Shown piece after piece: positions 27,102 to 35,437 of a DNA stretch of 64,000 bases. The position numbers and the translations under genes are program-made. The number at the start of each line of letters is the position of its first letter. Position 1 is the stretch's first letter. The notes beneath the pieces were generated by a model. The model ran no database searches. It had not been told where the DNA came from and was given only the letters and a program-made list of their open reading frames with translations. The DNA is from an uncultured bacterium (lineage in GTDB: Bacteria > Edwardsbacteria > CAYGWX01), in contig CAYGWX010000008.1 of assembly GCA_964353855.1 (NCBI GenBank), forward strand, positions 1,958 through 65,957. The letters are read 5' to 3'.

Positions 27102-28318
27102 AGCTTGGTTCCTCTCAGGTTTTCCCGGATGACCCCGGCCAGGCGCTGGATGCCCTCCTCGATCTGCTCCTCAGAAGGAAAAGAGAAGTTCAACCGAATC
27201 GTGTTGTGGCCCTTGCCGTTGCAGAAGAAGGCCGAGCCGATGACGTAGGCGACTTTTTTCTCGATGGCCTTCTCGAAGAGCGCGGTGGCGTTCATCCGCC
27301 TGGGCAGCTTCACCCAGAGGAACAGCCCGCCCTCGGGCCGGGTCCAGGTGACCCCCCGGGGCATCTCCTTCTCCAGGGCCGCGAGCATCACCCCAAGCTT
27401 GCGGCTGTACAGGACGCGGATGCTTTCGACCTCCCGGTCCAGGAGCCCGCGGCGCATGTATTCCACGGCGATGAACTGGGTGAAGGAGGGGGAGCACAGG
27501 TCCATGCCCTGCTTGGCGATGATGAAGCGCTCCATCCAGGCCTCCGGGGTCAGCAGCCAGCCCAGGCGCATCCCGGGGCAGAAGATCTTGGAGAAGGTCC
27601 CCAGCGCGAGGACGTGCCGCTGGGGGTCCAGGCTGTAGATCGCGGGCATCGGCTCCCCGCTGAAGCGCAGGACGCGGTAGGGGCTGTCCTCGACCAGGGG
27701 GACCTCGAAGCGGGAGGCCAGCGCGAGGAGCTCCTGGCGCCGGGCCAGGGTCAGGGTCACGCCCGAGGGGTTCTGGAAGTCCGGGACGATGTAGATGAAC
27801 TTGGGCCTCCGCTTCCGGCGGGAGAGCCGCTCCAGGGTCTTCTCGAGGAGGTCGGTGCGTATGCCCTCGTCGTCCTGGGGCACCCCGATCATCCGGGCGC
27901 GGTGGGCCGCGAAGGCCTGCAGGGCGCCGATGTAGCTGGGCAGCTCCACGATGACCGGGTCCCCGGGGTCGATCAGGACCTGGGCCAGGAGGTCCAGGGC
28001 CTGCTGGGACCCGGAGGTGACCAGGATGTTCTCGGCCCGGAGGTCCAGCCGCTCTTTGGTTAGCCAGTGGGCCAGGGCCTCGCGCAGGGCGGGCTCGCCC
28101 TCGGTCGGGCCGTACTGCAGGGCCGTGGCCCCCTTCTCGCGCAGGACCAGGGCGGAGATGTCCGCCAGCTCCTCGACCGGGAAGGTCTGGGGGTCGGGCA
28201 TGCCCCCGGCGAAGGAGATGATGTCCGGGCGCCGGGACAGCTTGAGGAGCTCCCGGATCAGAGAGCGTTTCATATTCAGAGCGTTCTTGGAATAAAGACC
28301 TGAAAGGTCTGGGATCAT
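27098..28318 (-). CDS. PLP-dependent aminotransferase class I/II (LysN/2-aminoadipate transaminase-like)
   Basis: IISFAGGMPDP, LQYGPTEG, VTSGSQQALDL, PDFQNPSG, EDSPY, GTFSKIFCPGMRLGW. Confidence 0.92.
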   Translation of the reverse strand: MIPDLSGLYSKNALNMKRSLIRELLKLSRRPDIISFAGGMPDPQTFPVEELADISALVLREKGATALQYGPTEGEPALREALAHWLTKERLDLRAENILVTSGSQQALDLLAQVLIDPGDPVIVELPSYIGALQAFAAHRARMIGVPQDDEGIRTDLLEKTLERLSRRKRRPKFIYIVPDFQNPSGVTLTLARRQELLALASRFEVPLVEDSPYRVLRFSGEPMPAIYSLDPQRHVLALGTFSKIFCPGMRLGWLLTPEAWMERFIIAKQGMDLCSPSFTQFIAVEYMRRGLLDREVESIRVLYSRKLGVMLAALEKEMPRGVTWTRPEGGLFLWVKLPRRMNATALFEKAIEKKVAYVIGSAFFCNGKGHNTIRLNFSFPSEEQIEEGIQRLAGVIRENLRGTKL

Positions 28319-28422
28319 GCGGTTCCTTTGATTATCCTTTCTTTGGATGGGAGGGTCCTTAAGTATTGTAACCCAAACCGGGACTTCCCTTCAAGGGGTC
28401 CCGACCCTTGATTATCCTCTCC

Positions 28423-28451
28423 TTGACTTCCAGTATCATTTAGAGTAAAAT
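28423..28451 (+). promoter_or_regulatory. Sigma-70-like promoter for the nitroreductase gene
   Basis: TTGACT-17 bp-TAAAAT. Confidence 0.6.
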
Positions 28452-28542
28452 CTTGATTCGAACCGGGGCGGGCGGGGAAAACGGTGTGTCTTTCCTTGAA
28501 CCCTCGACCCCTTTGAGCCTTATCCCTAACAGGAATGAACCC

Positions 28543-29235
28543 ATGAAGCAAGTCATTTTGTTCTTACTCGTTCTTCTCTCCCTCCTTCCCGGGGGCTGTC
28601 AGGCCGGGGAGAAGGGGAAGGCGGCTCAGCCCGGGGAGAGCATTGCGCTTCCCCATCCTGCGCTGGACGGCAAGCTCTCCCTGGAGAAGGCCCTCCTGTC
28701 CCGGCGCTCGGTCCGGGACTTCAAGGATCAGGCCCTGACCCTGGCCCAGCTCTCCCAGCTCCTCTGGTCGGCCCAGGGGATCACGGACCCGCAGGGCTTC
28801 CGCACCGCCCCGTCGGCCGGGGCGCTCTATCCTCTGGAGGTCTATGTGGTGGTTGGGAAAGTAGAGGGGCTTCCGGCCGGGGTCTATAAATACCGGCCCA
28901 GGGGGCATCAGGTGGTGAGGGTGCTCTCCGGGGATAAGCGGAAGGAGGTCGCCAGGGCGGCCCTGGACCAGGAGGCGTTGAAGCAGGGGGCGGTCGTCCT
29001 GCTCTTCTCAGGGGTCTATGAACGGACGAGCTGGAAGTACGCGGAGCGGGCCGAGCGCTACGTGGCGATCGAGGTGGGCCACGCGGCCCAGAACGTCCTG
29101 CTCCAGGCCGCGGCTCTGGGTCTGGGCGCGGTGCCCGTGGGGGCTTTCAAGGACGAGGAGATCAAGAAGGTGGCGTTGCTTCAGGAGGACGAGCGTCCCC
29201 TCCTCCTCATCCCCGTGGGCGTGCCGAGTAGGTAG
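28543..29235 (+). CDS. SagB/ThcOx-family nitroreductase-like protein with putative lipoprotein signal
   Basis: LEKALLSRRSVRDF, LSQLLWSAQG, RTAPSAGALYPLEVY, EVGHAAQNVLLQA; start at 28543 MKQVILFLL...LPGGC. Confidence 0.9.
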   Translation: MKQVILFLLVLLSLLPGGCQAGEKGKAAQPGESIALPHPALDGKLSLEKALLSRRSVRDFKDQALTLAQLSQLLWSAQGITDPQGFRTAPSAGALYPLEVYVVVGKVEGLPAGVYKYRPRGHQVVRVLSGDKRKEVARAALDQEALKQGAVVLLFSGVYERTSWKYAERAERYVAIEVGHAAQNVLLQAAALGLGAVPVGAFKDEEIKKVALLQEDERPLLLIPVGVPSR

Positions 29236-29475
29236 ACAGGCTGTTCCCTTACGAGATTTCAAGGACTTACAAAGCAAGACGGAGGCCAACGGGTCGGGGG
29301 ACTTGAAAAATCTCGCCTCCTAACCTTTGGATTATAGAAAGCTTATAAAACCGGTGTCAAAATACTTTTCTCAAGAGGTTGAAAAACCGCCATTCTGCAC
29401 GTATATAGTAGAGGGACAGGGTATAAAACTCCCCCAACCTGCCAAACACCCCCAAAAACCCCAAAATCGCACCTT

Positions 29476-29541
29476 CAAACCCGAATCAAACCCGAACCAA
29501 ACCCGTACCAAACCCGTATGCACGCCCGTTAATCGCCCACT
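29476..29541 (+). repeat. 11-bp period array (CAAACCCG(A/T)A(T/C)) x4, drifting to a CGCCC motif
   Basis: caaacccgaat caaacccgaac caaacccgtac caaacccgtat gcacgcccgtt aatcgcccact. Confidence 0.85.
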
Positions 29542-29688
29542 CCTCCGGCACCCCTGCACCACCACGCGAAGGGTTAAGGAACGAGATGGGAATGGATTGG
29601 AATGGGTAGAGATGGGTGGTAACGAATGGAAAGAAAAGGGCTTAGAAACCCAGTCGCAGCCACAGCCCTGGAAAAGCCCCAAGGCCCC

Positions 29689-29717
29689 TTGATTTTCGGG
29701 GCCATATCGTCTATAAT
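29689..29717 (+). promoter_or_regulatory. Sigma-70-like promoter upstream of the island
   Basis: TTGATT-17 bp-TATAAT. Confidence 0.7.
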
Positions 29718-29863
29718 ACCAGACAGAAACTATACGTAGACAACACCCCTCGGGGACCCGCCGGGGCCCCGAAGGGTTGCGGTATTCGTTAGGAAAGGTA
29801 GAAATTCAGCCGATGCCACAACAATTAAAAGGTTTCCTATACTAATTTGGTTCCGGAAGAACT

Positions 29864-31042
29864 ATGAAAGATGTTATAGGTCCAATGGCTTTGAGATGTA
29901 GGGAAACACCATTGAGAGTGGGAGGAAACCGCCCTCTACAAGTTCTCGTTAGAAAGTGGGAGGGTAGTGCGCTTAACGAAGAGACTACCCTACACCAAAT
30001 TGCACCTTATATCGGGAAAATGAAATCTTCAATGGCCAGAACCCTGGTTTCCACGTTTACTCAAAAAGGGGAAATCCTATATGATCCATTTTGCGGATCA
30101 GGAACAGTTCCCTTAGAGGCCTGGGCTGCTGGGCGCAACATCATTGCCAATGATTTAAATCCCTATGCTGCCCTGTTAACTAAGGCAAAACTTAACCCGT
30201 GTCTAACAGTAGAAAAAGGATTTGCCGATATCAACCGGGTTGCTAAACATGTGCCCTATTTGGTACAGGAAATTGATTTGAGAAGAGTGCCTCAATGGGT
30301 TCGCTCTTTCTTCCATCCAGAAACCCTTCGTGAAACCATAGCATGGTTTCAGGTTCTGAAATCAGAAAGGTTATATTTTCTGTTATCATGCTTGTTAGGA
30401 ATTCTACATCATCAAAGACCGGGGTTCCTTTCATATCCGAGTAGCCATACAGTTCCTTACTTGCGTAATGCAAATTTCCCTCGCAGCTTGTATCCCGAAC
30501 TCTATGAATGGCGCAAAGTGAGAGAACGGTTGGAAAGGAAGGTTATGCGAGCACTAAAAAGAACACCGAACTTGGATTTCAGTTTAAATCGGGAATGCTA
30601 CGAGCGAGATGCCGCAAAATTTGTGCCAGAGAGAAAAGTAAATGCTATTATAACAAGTCCACCATATATGAGACAGTTAGATTATGGGCGAGACAACCGA
30701 CTTCGGCTATGGTTTCTCGGAATACAGGACTGGAGATTGCTGGATCACATTATTTCTCCTTCTAAGACAGGTTTCCTAGAACTTTTCAGAAATTGCCTAA
30801 AACTATGGTATAACATTTTAATTCCAAAAGGGCTTTGTGTCCTCGTATTAGGAGATACCTACACCCAAGAATACGAAAGTCGCCTCCCTGATGCAGCAAG
30901 TTACATCGCAAATAAAGAGGTTGGCGGGTATTCTGTAATTTGCAAACATTCCGAGGCTATACCAGATGACCGGCGTGTACGTCGAGGATGTCGAGGAAAC
31001 CTGACAGAGACAGTTCTTGTCCTGCGTAAAGAAGCGAGGTGA
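29864..31042 (+). CDS. Amino-methyltransferase, alpha-class N4-C/N6-A DNA MTase-like (motif I before motif IV)
   Basis: LHQIAPYIGKMKSSMA (motif X-like), YDPFCGSGT (motif I), DLNPYA, IITSPPY (motif IV), LVLGD; AT-rich. Confidence 0.85.
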   Translation: MKDVIGPMALRCRETPLRVGGNRPLQVLVRKWEGSALNEETTLHQIAPYIGKMKSSMARTLVSTFTQKGEILYDPFCGSGTVPLEAWAAGRNIIANDLNPYAALLTKAKLNPCLTVEKGFADINRVAKHVPYLVQEIDLRRVPQWVRSFFHPETLRETIAWFQVLKSERLYFLLSCLLGILHHQRPGFLSYPSSHTVPYLRNANFPRSLYPELYEWRKVRERLERKVMRALKRTPNLDFSLNRECYERDAAKFVPERKVNAIITSPPYMRQLDYGRDNRLRLWFLGIQDWRLLDHIISPSKTGFLELFRNCLKLWYNILIPKGLCVLVLGDTYTQEYESRLPDAASYIANKEVGGYSVICKHSEAIPDDRRVRRGCRGNLTETVLVLRKEAR

Positions 31043-33552
31043 ATAAAATGAAAAAAGTCATAAAAGATAAAGAACCCTATCTCGGATTTCAGCCTATAGG
31101 AAACTATTATCTGAAGAAAAAAGTTGACGAGGGCAAAATAGGCAGTGTTTACAAAGCTGTACGGACAGATCCGTATGATATCTTGGCGTGTAAGGTTATA
31201 CCAGAAGAAAAGCTAAAAAAGGGATGGGAAAGAGAGCTCGATAAAGTCGTGCGTCTGAGAGGAGTACCCAATGTCGTGGAGTACCACTTACACGGTTCAG
31301 GCATAGATAACAATAAGAGGCCATTCATTTGGATACTCTGGAACTTTATTGATGGAATCAACTTGAAGCAATTTCTTAACAAACCGGCATGGCCTTTAGA
31401 TATCGCTTTTATCGAAGGCATTGCAAACTCAATTCTTAAGGTCCTTTTTGCCTGTTCAAAAGTTGACATTCAACATGGAGACTTACATGAAGGCAACATT
31501 TTAATTTCAAAACCTGATCCCCGCTTACCTGGGAATCCGAGGACTATTTGGATATCAGACTTTGGTTATGGGGGATCCCATAACGAGGTGGAACCAAAAG
31601 ATGATTTCAGGCAGTTCTTTGCAATCATTTCTTCCCTCTTTCGAAGGATAGAACAAACAAAATTAAATCCCCGGGATCGTATTATGTTCCAAAAGACTGA
31701 GGCTTTCTTGAGAAAGAGAGTTTTGGAAGTCGATCCCACACAAGGACATTTTGTAGGCAACCCAGAGTCACTACTTAAGGATTTCAATAGTTTGGGGCAA
31801 GAAGCTGAGAGGGAAGTAGCAGCAGCGTCAAAGGGTGAAGAAACCCAAGAACCAGGCGACTATCTCTGGGCGGAGGCGCTGGGGTATCGGGCAGGTGAAT
31901 GGAAAAATCTGTTTGTGCCAGAATTCCTGGCCGCGCAAGATCTTTTAAGTAAGAATATCACGGTCCTTACCGGCGCCAGAGGGTGCGGGAAAACAATGGC
32001 TTTTAGGCGATTAACCGCTTATATGGACAAAGTTATTGGCGAACCATCAGGAGTTAGGGGAGCGAACCAGTTTATCGGTTTTTATCTCAATTGTAGGGAC
32101 CTGGTGGAGGCATTTCCATGGTTCCCGAGGCAACTTAATAATGGAACGATACAGCAGGTGATGCATTTCTTTCACCTATCTTGGTTTAACGAGATATGTA
32201 AAACACTAGCAATCTATGAATTCGATAGGCCTGAAGCTTTTGAATGGCTAGATGGATTTGTGTCAGGGATTTTCGGTAACAAGTATAACTCTCTTCCTAT
32301 TGGTGCGGATGTTTTAGCTCACGTTCGTGCCTTTCTTGAGGACGAAAAAGAAAAGTGCCGCCTGGAGGATATGGGCAAGAAAGAAGGCTTGTCCAATTGG
32401 CCACTTGCGAGAGGGGATTTTCTTGATAATCTTCAAACTCAACTTGAAGCGCACGTGCCGTTGATAGGTGAAAAGCCCCTATATCTTTTCCTTGATGACT
32501 ACACAATACCAATTGTTACGCTTGAGGTACAGCAAGTACTTAATTCCATAATTTTCAAACGACGAAGTAAACTATTTTTTAAAGTATCCACCGAATCAGC
32601 GAATAGTTTCGAAAGACACTGGTCAAACGGCAAGCCGTTAGAGCTCCATCAAGACTTTGAACTTATTGATTTAGCGACTGAAAGCCTTCACCAAGATGAC
32701 AAAGAGAAAGCGAATCTTTTAGATAAGATTTTTAGACCAAGGATAGATCGACACCCTCTTCTTAACAGAAAAGACCTTGGTCTTCATGATGTCCTTGGTA
32801 AAATGTCTATATCAAATAACGAACTTGCAAGACAATTGCGTGGGGCTGCTCAAGGAAGTAAAGAAAAAACAATTCATTATCATGGAGCTGAAGCATTCAC
32901 AGGCATGTGGACCAGCGATATAAGAATAATGATTCAGATGTTTGTTGATATGTTACGTGATGCTAACGGGGAATTAAATAAAGGAAACTACCTTATCCCA
33001 AAGCCTATACAGGATAAGGTTTACAGAACCGCTGGTGGTGAGTTCTTAATTTTTGCAGAATCTGTAACTAAACCCTCTAATTGGGAGAGAGGCCCGAGCT
33101 CCACAAGGCAGGGAGAGACCTACGGGAAACACCTCTGTGACATCGTTGAGGCCTTTGTAAAAGTATCACGATACGAGCTGACCCGAGGCAATCTTGTCTC
33201 TAACCAAGGCCGATTTAATCCAAAACAGGCATTCCGTTTAGAGATCATCGATAAGTTTGAACTCCCCGAAGTTGAGGCGGGATACTATGAGGGATTGGTT
33301 AGGTGGCACATTTTCTTGCAAGATTGGCGAGGCAAAAGTGTGCGCGGTATGATCACGCCGCGTTTATACTTGAATAGAGTTCTTATTCCATATGCCAATC
33401 TAACGTTCTCCAGTCACGATAACGTTCACCTCACAAACGAAGAGTTTATTTTATTGTTAAATAATCCAAAGGATTTCATAACACACTGGCAGAAAAAGAG
33501 ATCGAAGAATAAAAAGCGGAAACCAAACGGAATTTTATCTCTCCCTTTGTAA
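31039..33552 (+). CDS. Ser/Thr protein kinase fused to ORC/CDC6-like (STAND-type) P-loop ATPase
   Basis: Kinase: DEGKIGSVYKA, LACKVI, HGDLHEGNIL, DFG; ATPase: VLTGARGCGKT (Walker A), LYLFLDDY (Walker B); helical/wHTH-like C-terminus; start overlaps the MTase stop (GTGA). Confidence 0.85.
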   Translation: MNKMKKVIKDKEPYLGFQPIGNYYLKKKVDEGKIGSVYKAVRTDPYDILACKVIPEEKLKKGWERELDKVVRLRGVPNVVEYHLHGSGIDNNKRPFIWILWNFIDGINLKQFLNKPAWPLDIAFIEGIANSILKVLFACSKVDIQHGDLHEGNILISKPDPRLPGNPRTIWISDFGYGGSHNEVEPKDDFRQFFAIISSLFRRIEQTKLNPRDRIMFQKTEAFLRKRVLEVDPTQGHFVGNPESLLKDFNSLGQEAEREVAAASKGEETQEPGDYLWAEALGYRAGEWKNLFVPEFLAAQDLLSKNITVLTGARGCGKTMAFRRLTAYMDKVIGEPSGVRGANQFIGFYLNCRDLVEAFPWFPRQLNNGTIQQVMHFFHLSWFNEICKTLAIYEFDRPEAFEWLDGFVSGIFGNKYNSLPIGADVLAHVRAFLEDEKEKCRLEDMGKKEGLSNWPLARGDFLDNLQTQLEAHVPLIGEKPLYLFLDDYTIPIVTLEVQQVLNSIIFKRRSKLFFKVSTESANSFERHWSNGKPLELHQDFELIDLATESLHQDDKEKANLLDKIFRPRIDRHPLLNRKDLGLHDVLGKMSISNNELARQLRGAAQGSKEKTIHYHGAEAFTGMWTSDIRIMIQMFVDMLRDANGELNKGNYLIPKPIQDKVYRTAGGEFLIFAESVTKPSNWERGPSSTRQGETYGKHLCDIVEAFVKVSRYELTRGNLVSNQGRFNPKQAFRLEIIDKFELPEVEAGYYEGLVRWHIFLQDWRGKSVRGMITPRLYLNRVLIPYANLTFSSHDNVHLTNEEFILLLNNPKDFITHWQKKRSKNKKRKPNGILSLPL

Positions 33553-33590
33553 TAAAACGAAGATTATAGAGCGAAAGAAATAATTATACT

Positions 33591-34658
33591 ATGATTTGGC
33601 CTACCGTCTCTGTCGCAGAAAAACTGAAACCGACCTTAAAACGTCTCTTTATTGGGGCTTATGGATTTGAAAGACGCTCGCTAGGTTGGGTCAGCTACCA
33701 AAGGGAACAAGGAACAATATTGAGTGAATCTGTATTGTTTCGATATAAACACCCAAAAGGTATTAACCTTATCCATGAACTGAAGAAAAATCTCGGTACC
33801 CTTGGTGTTTCGAAGCCCAAAGAGGTTCCTTATAATGTTCGTTCACCCCATAACATCGAGGATATAATTGGTGAAAAGATGGATTCTGTTCTCCGCGGAA
33901 ATGAAGAAATTGTTGTAGATATATCTGCAATGACCAAACTTTTAATCCTTGCGTGCCTTTGCAAGTTGGCCAATTTCACGGGCACGGTCAGAATTGTATA
34001 CTCTGAGGCAGAGGATTATTCACCGACCCAAGAGGATTACGAGAAATCGAAAGATGTCATGGGAATGGTGGTTGAATTTCCAAGTCGAGGCTTTGAATCA
34101 ATAATAAGGTTAAAATGTCTCAGTAGCATCAGAATGCAGGGTCAGCCTGTAACGATCGTTGCATTTACTTCATTCAATGAACAACTAATTCGCCATATTC
34201 TTGGGACCATAAGCCCACATAGACTGTTATTCATCAATGGGAGACCACCAAAGGAAGAAAACTCCTGGAGGGAGAAAGCAACACAGGAAATCCACCAACG
34301 GCTTATTGAGAAATATCCGGCTGACAACCTCTTAAACGATAAGGGATTGCTTATGCGTGCGGCAAGTACGCTTGACTATAGGGAAACAGTCGAGCGCATT
34401 AATGAGATCTATAAGCAGTATGGAATTATAGAAAGAATTATATGCGTTGCCACAGGAAGTAAAATGCAAACCGTAGGATTGTTTTTCAGTAAGATTGCGC
34501 ATCCAGATATACACGTCGAATACCCAACACCTGATAGCTACTACGTAAAAGGGATGAGCAAGGGGGTTCACAAAGTTCATGAAGTTGTGGTTCCACAATT
34601 TTCGGAATTTCTAAAAATAATAAGGAAATCAGATTCGGTAATAACCGCTCCGGTTTGA
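33591..34658 (+). CDS. Uncharacterised alpha/beta protein, probably two tandem CARF-like Rossmannoid domains
   Basis: GAYGFERRS, IVVDISAMTK, IVYSEAEDY; then VAFTSFN, CVATGSKMQTVG, VEYPTPDSY; no signal peptide or TM. Confidence 0.6.
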   Translation: MIWPTVSVAEKLKPTLKRLFIGAYGFERRSLGWVSYQREQGTILSESVLFRYKHPKGINLIHELKKNLGTLGVSKPKEVPYNVRSPHNIEDIIGEKMDSVLRGNEEIVVDISAMTKLLILACLCKLANFTGTVRIVYSEAEDYSPTQEDYEKSKDVMGMVVEFPSRGFESIIRLKCLSSIRMQGQPVTIVAFTSFNEQLIRHILGTISPHRLLFINGRPPKEENSWREKATQEIHQRLIEKYPADNLLNDKGLLMRAASTLDYRETVERINEIYKQYGIIERIICVATGSKMQTVGLFFSKIAHPDIHVEYPTPDSYYVKGMSKGVHKVHEVVVPQFSEFLKIIRKSDSVITAPV

Positions 34659-34777
34659 ACTCCTCCATTTCTGATATTGCCCTTTTCAAATTAAGTGCTA
34701 TTTTAGTGACCTTTTGAAAAGAGGCGTCCGTAAAAAGGGGTCGCCTCTTAAAATCACGGACTGTAAACCTTTAACTA

Positions 34778-35437
34778 ATGTCTAAACTCCGCAAACCCCT
34801 TTTCTCCGACGGCGCCACCGGCAAGATGGACGAGGAGACCGTGTTCTCCTCCCGCCTGGGAAAATCCTACCGCAAGCGCTACGCCAAGCCCAAACAGCCC
34901 AACTCAGAAAGCCAGAAAGAGTCCAAGGCAACCTTCGCCTGGGCCATCAAGACCTGGCAGAAAGAACTCACGGACGAAGACCGGGAAGCCTGGAGGGCCT
35001 TTGCCAGAAAGAACAAAGACGTAGACCCGTTCACCCTGACCCAGATCAAACCCCCGGCCCATACCCTGTTTCTCCGCTACGCAACCCAGGCCAAGCGGGC
35101 CGGATATCCGGCTCCGAAGAAACCACCACAAGGCCCCAGGCCCCAGCCCCTCAGCTTCACCCTGGTCAAGAAGGGAAAGGGAGTCAAGATTAGCTGGAAA
35201 GCAGAGAAGGAAGGCGTCGTAGAGTTCCGGATGGCCGTCACCCAGCCCTGGGTGAAGCCCTGGCAGACCTGCTATCGGATCCACTCCTACGTCCCCATGA
35301 AAATCGGAGAGCACTTCGTCAGCCCCTTGGAGCCCGAGAAGAAATACACCTTTCTGGCAAGGGTGCTGAGTCCGGAGGGTCAGGCTGGAATATCTACTAA
35401 GGGAACCATCGTCCTATATAAGGACGAAGACCAATGA
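34778..35437 (+). CDS. Basic cytoplasmic protein: DUF6266-like N-terminus plus FN3-like C-terminus
   Basis: GATGKM..TVFSSRLGKSY.KRY.KP.QPNSESQ...KATF; C-terminal KISW...LEPEKKYTFLARV. Confidence 0.5.
   Translation: MSKLRKPLFSDGATGKMDEETVFSSRLGKSYRKRYAKPKQPNSESQKESKATFAWAIKTWQKELTDEDREAWRAFARKNKDVDPFTLTQIKPPAHTLFLRYATQAKRAGYPAPKKPPQGPRPQPLSFTLVKKGKGVKISWKAEKEGVVEFRMAVTQPWVKPWQTCYRIHSYVPMKIGEHFVSPLEPEKKYTFLARVLSPEGQAGISTKGTIVLYKDEDQ

Noticed and set aside
28453-29235. Thiazole/oxazole RiPP biosynthetic cluster
   Set aside because: SagB-like gene is alone; no YcaO, E1-like protein or precursor peptide nearby
29327-29692. ORFs 29327-29692 (+) and 29371-29682 (-)
   Set aside because: Made of low-complexity 10-11-bp repeats with no RBS or domain; treated as non-coding
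29864-34658. BREX/Pgl or classical type II/III restriction-modification call
   Set aside because: No PglZ, BrxA/B/L, helicase or recognisable PD-(D/E)xK/HNH nuclease; kept as an unassigned system
34719-34761. preQ1-I riboswitch
   Set aside because: AGAGG/CCTCT stem and A-rich tail are superficially similar, but stem length, loop and downstream gene do not fit
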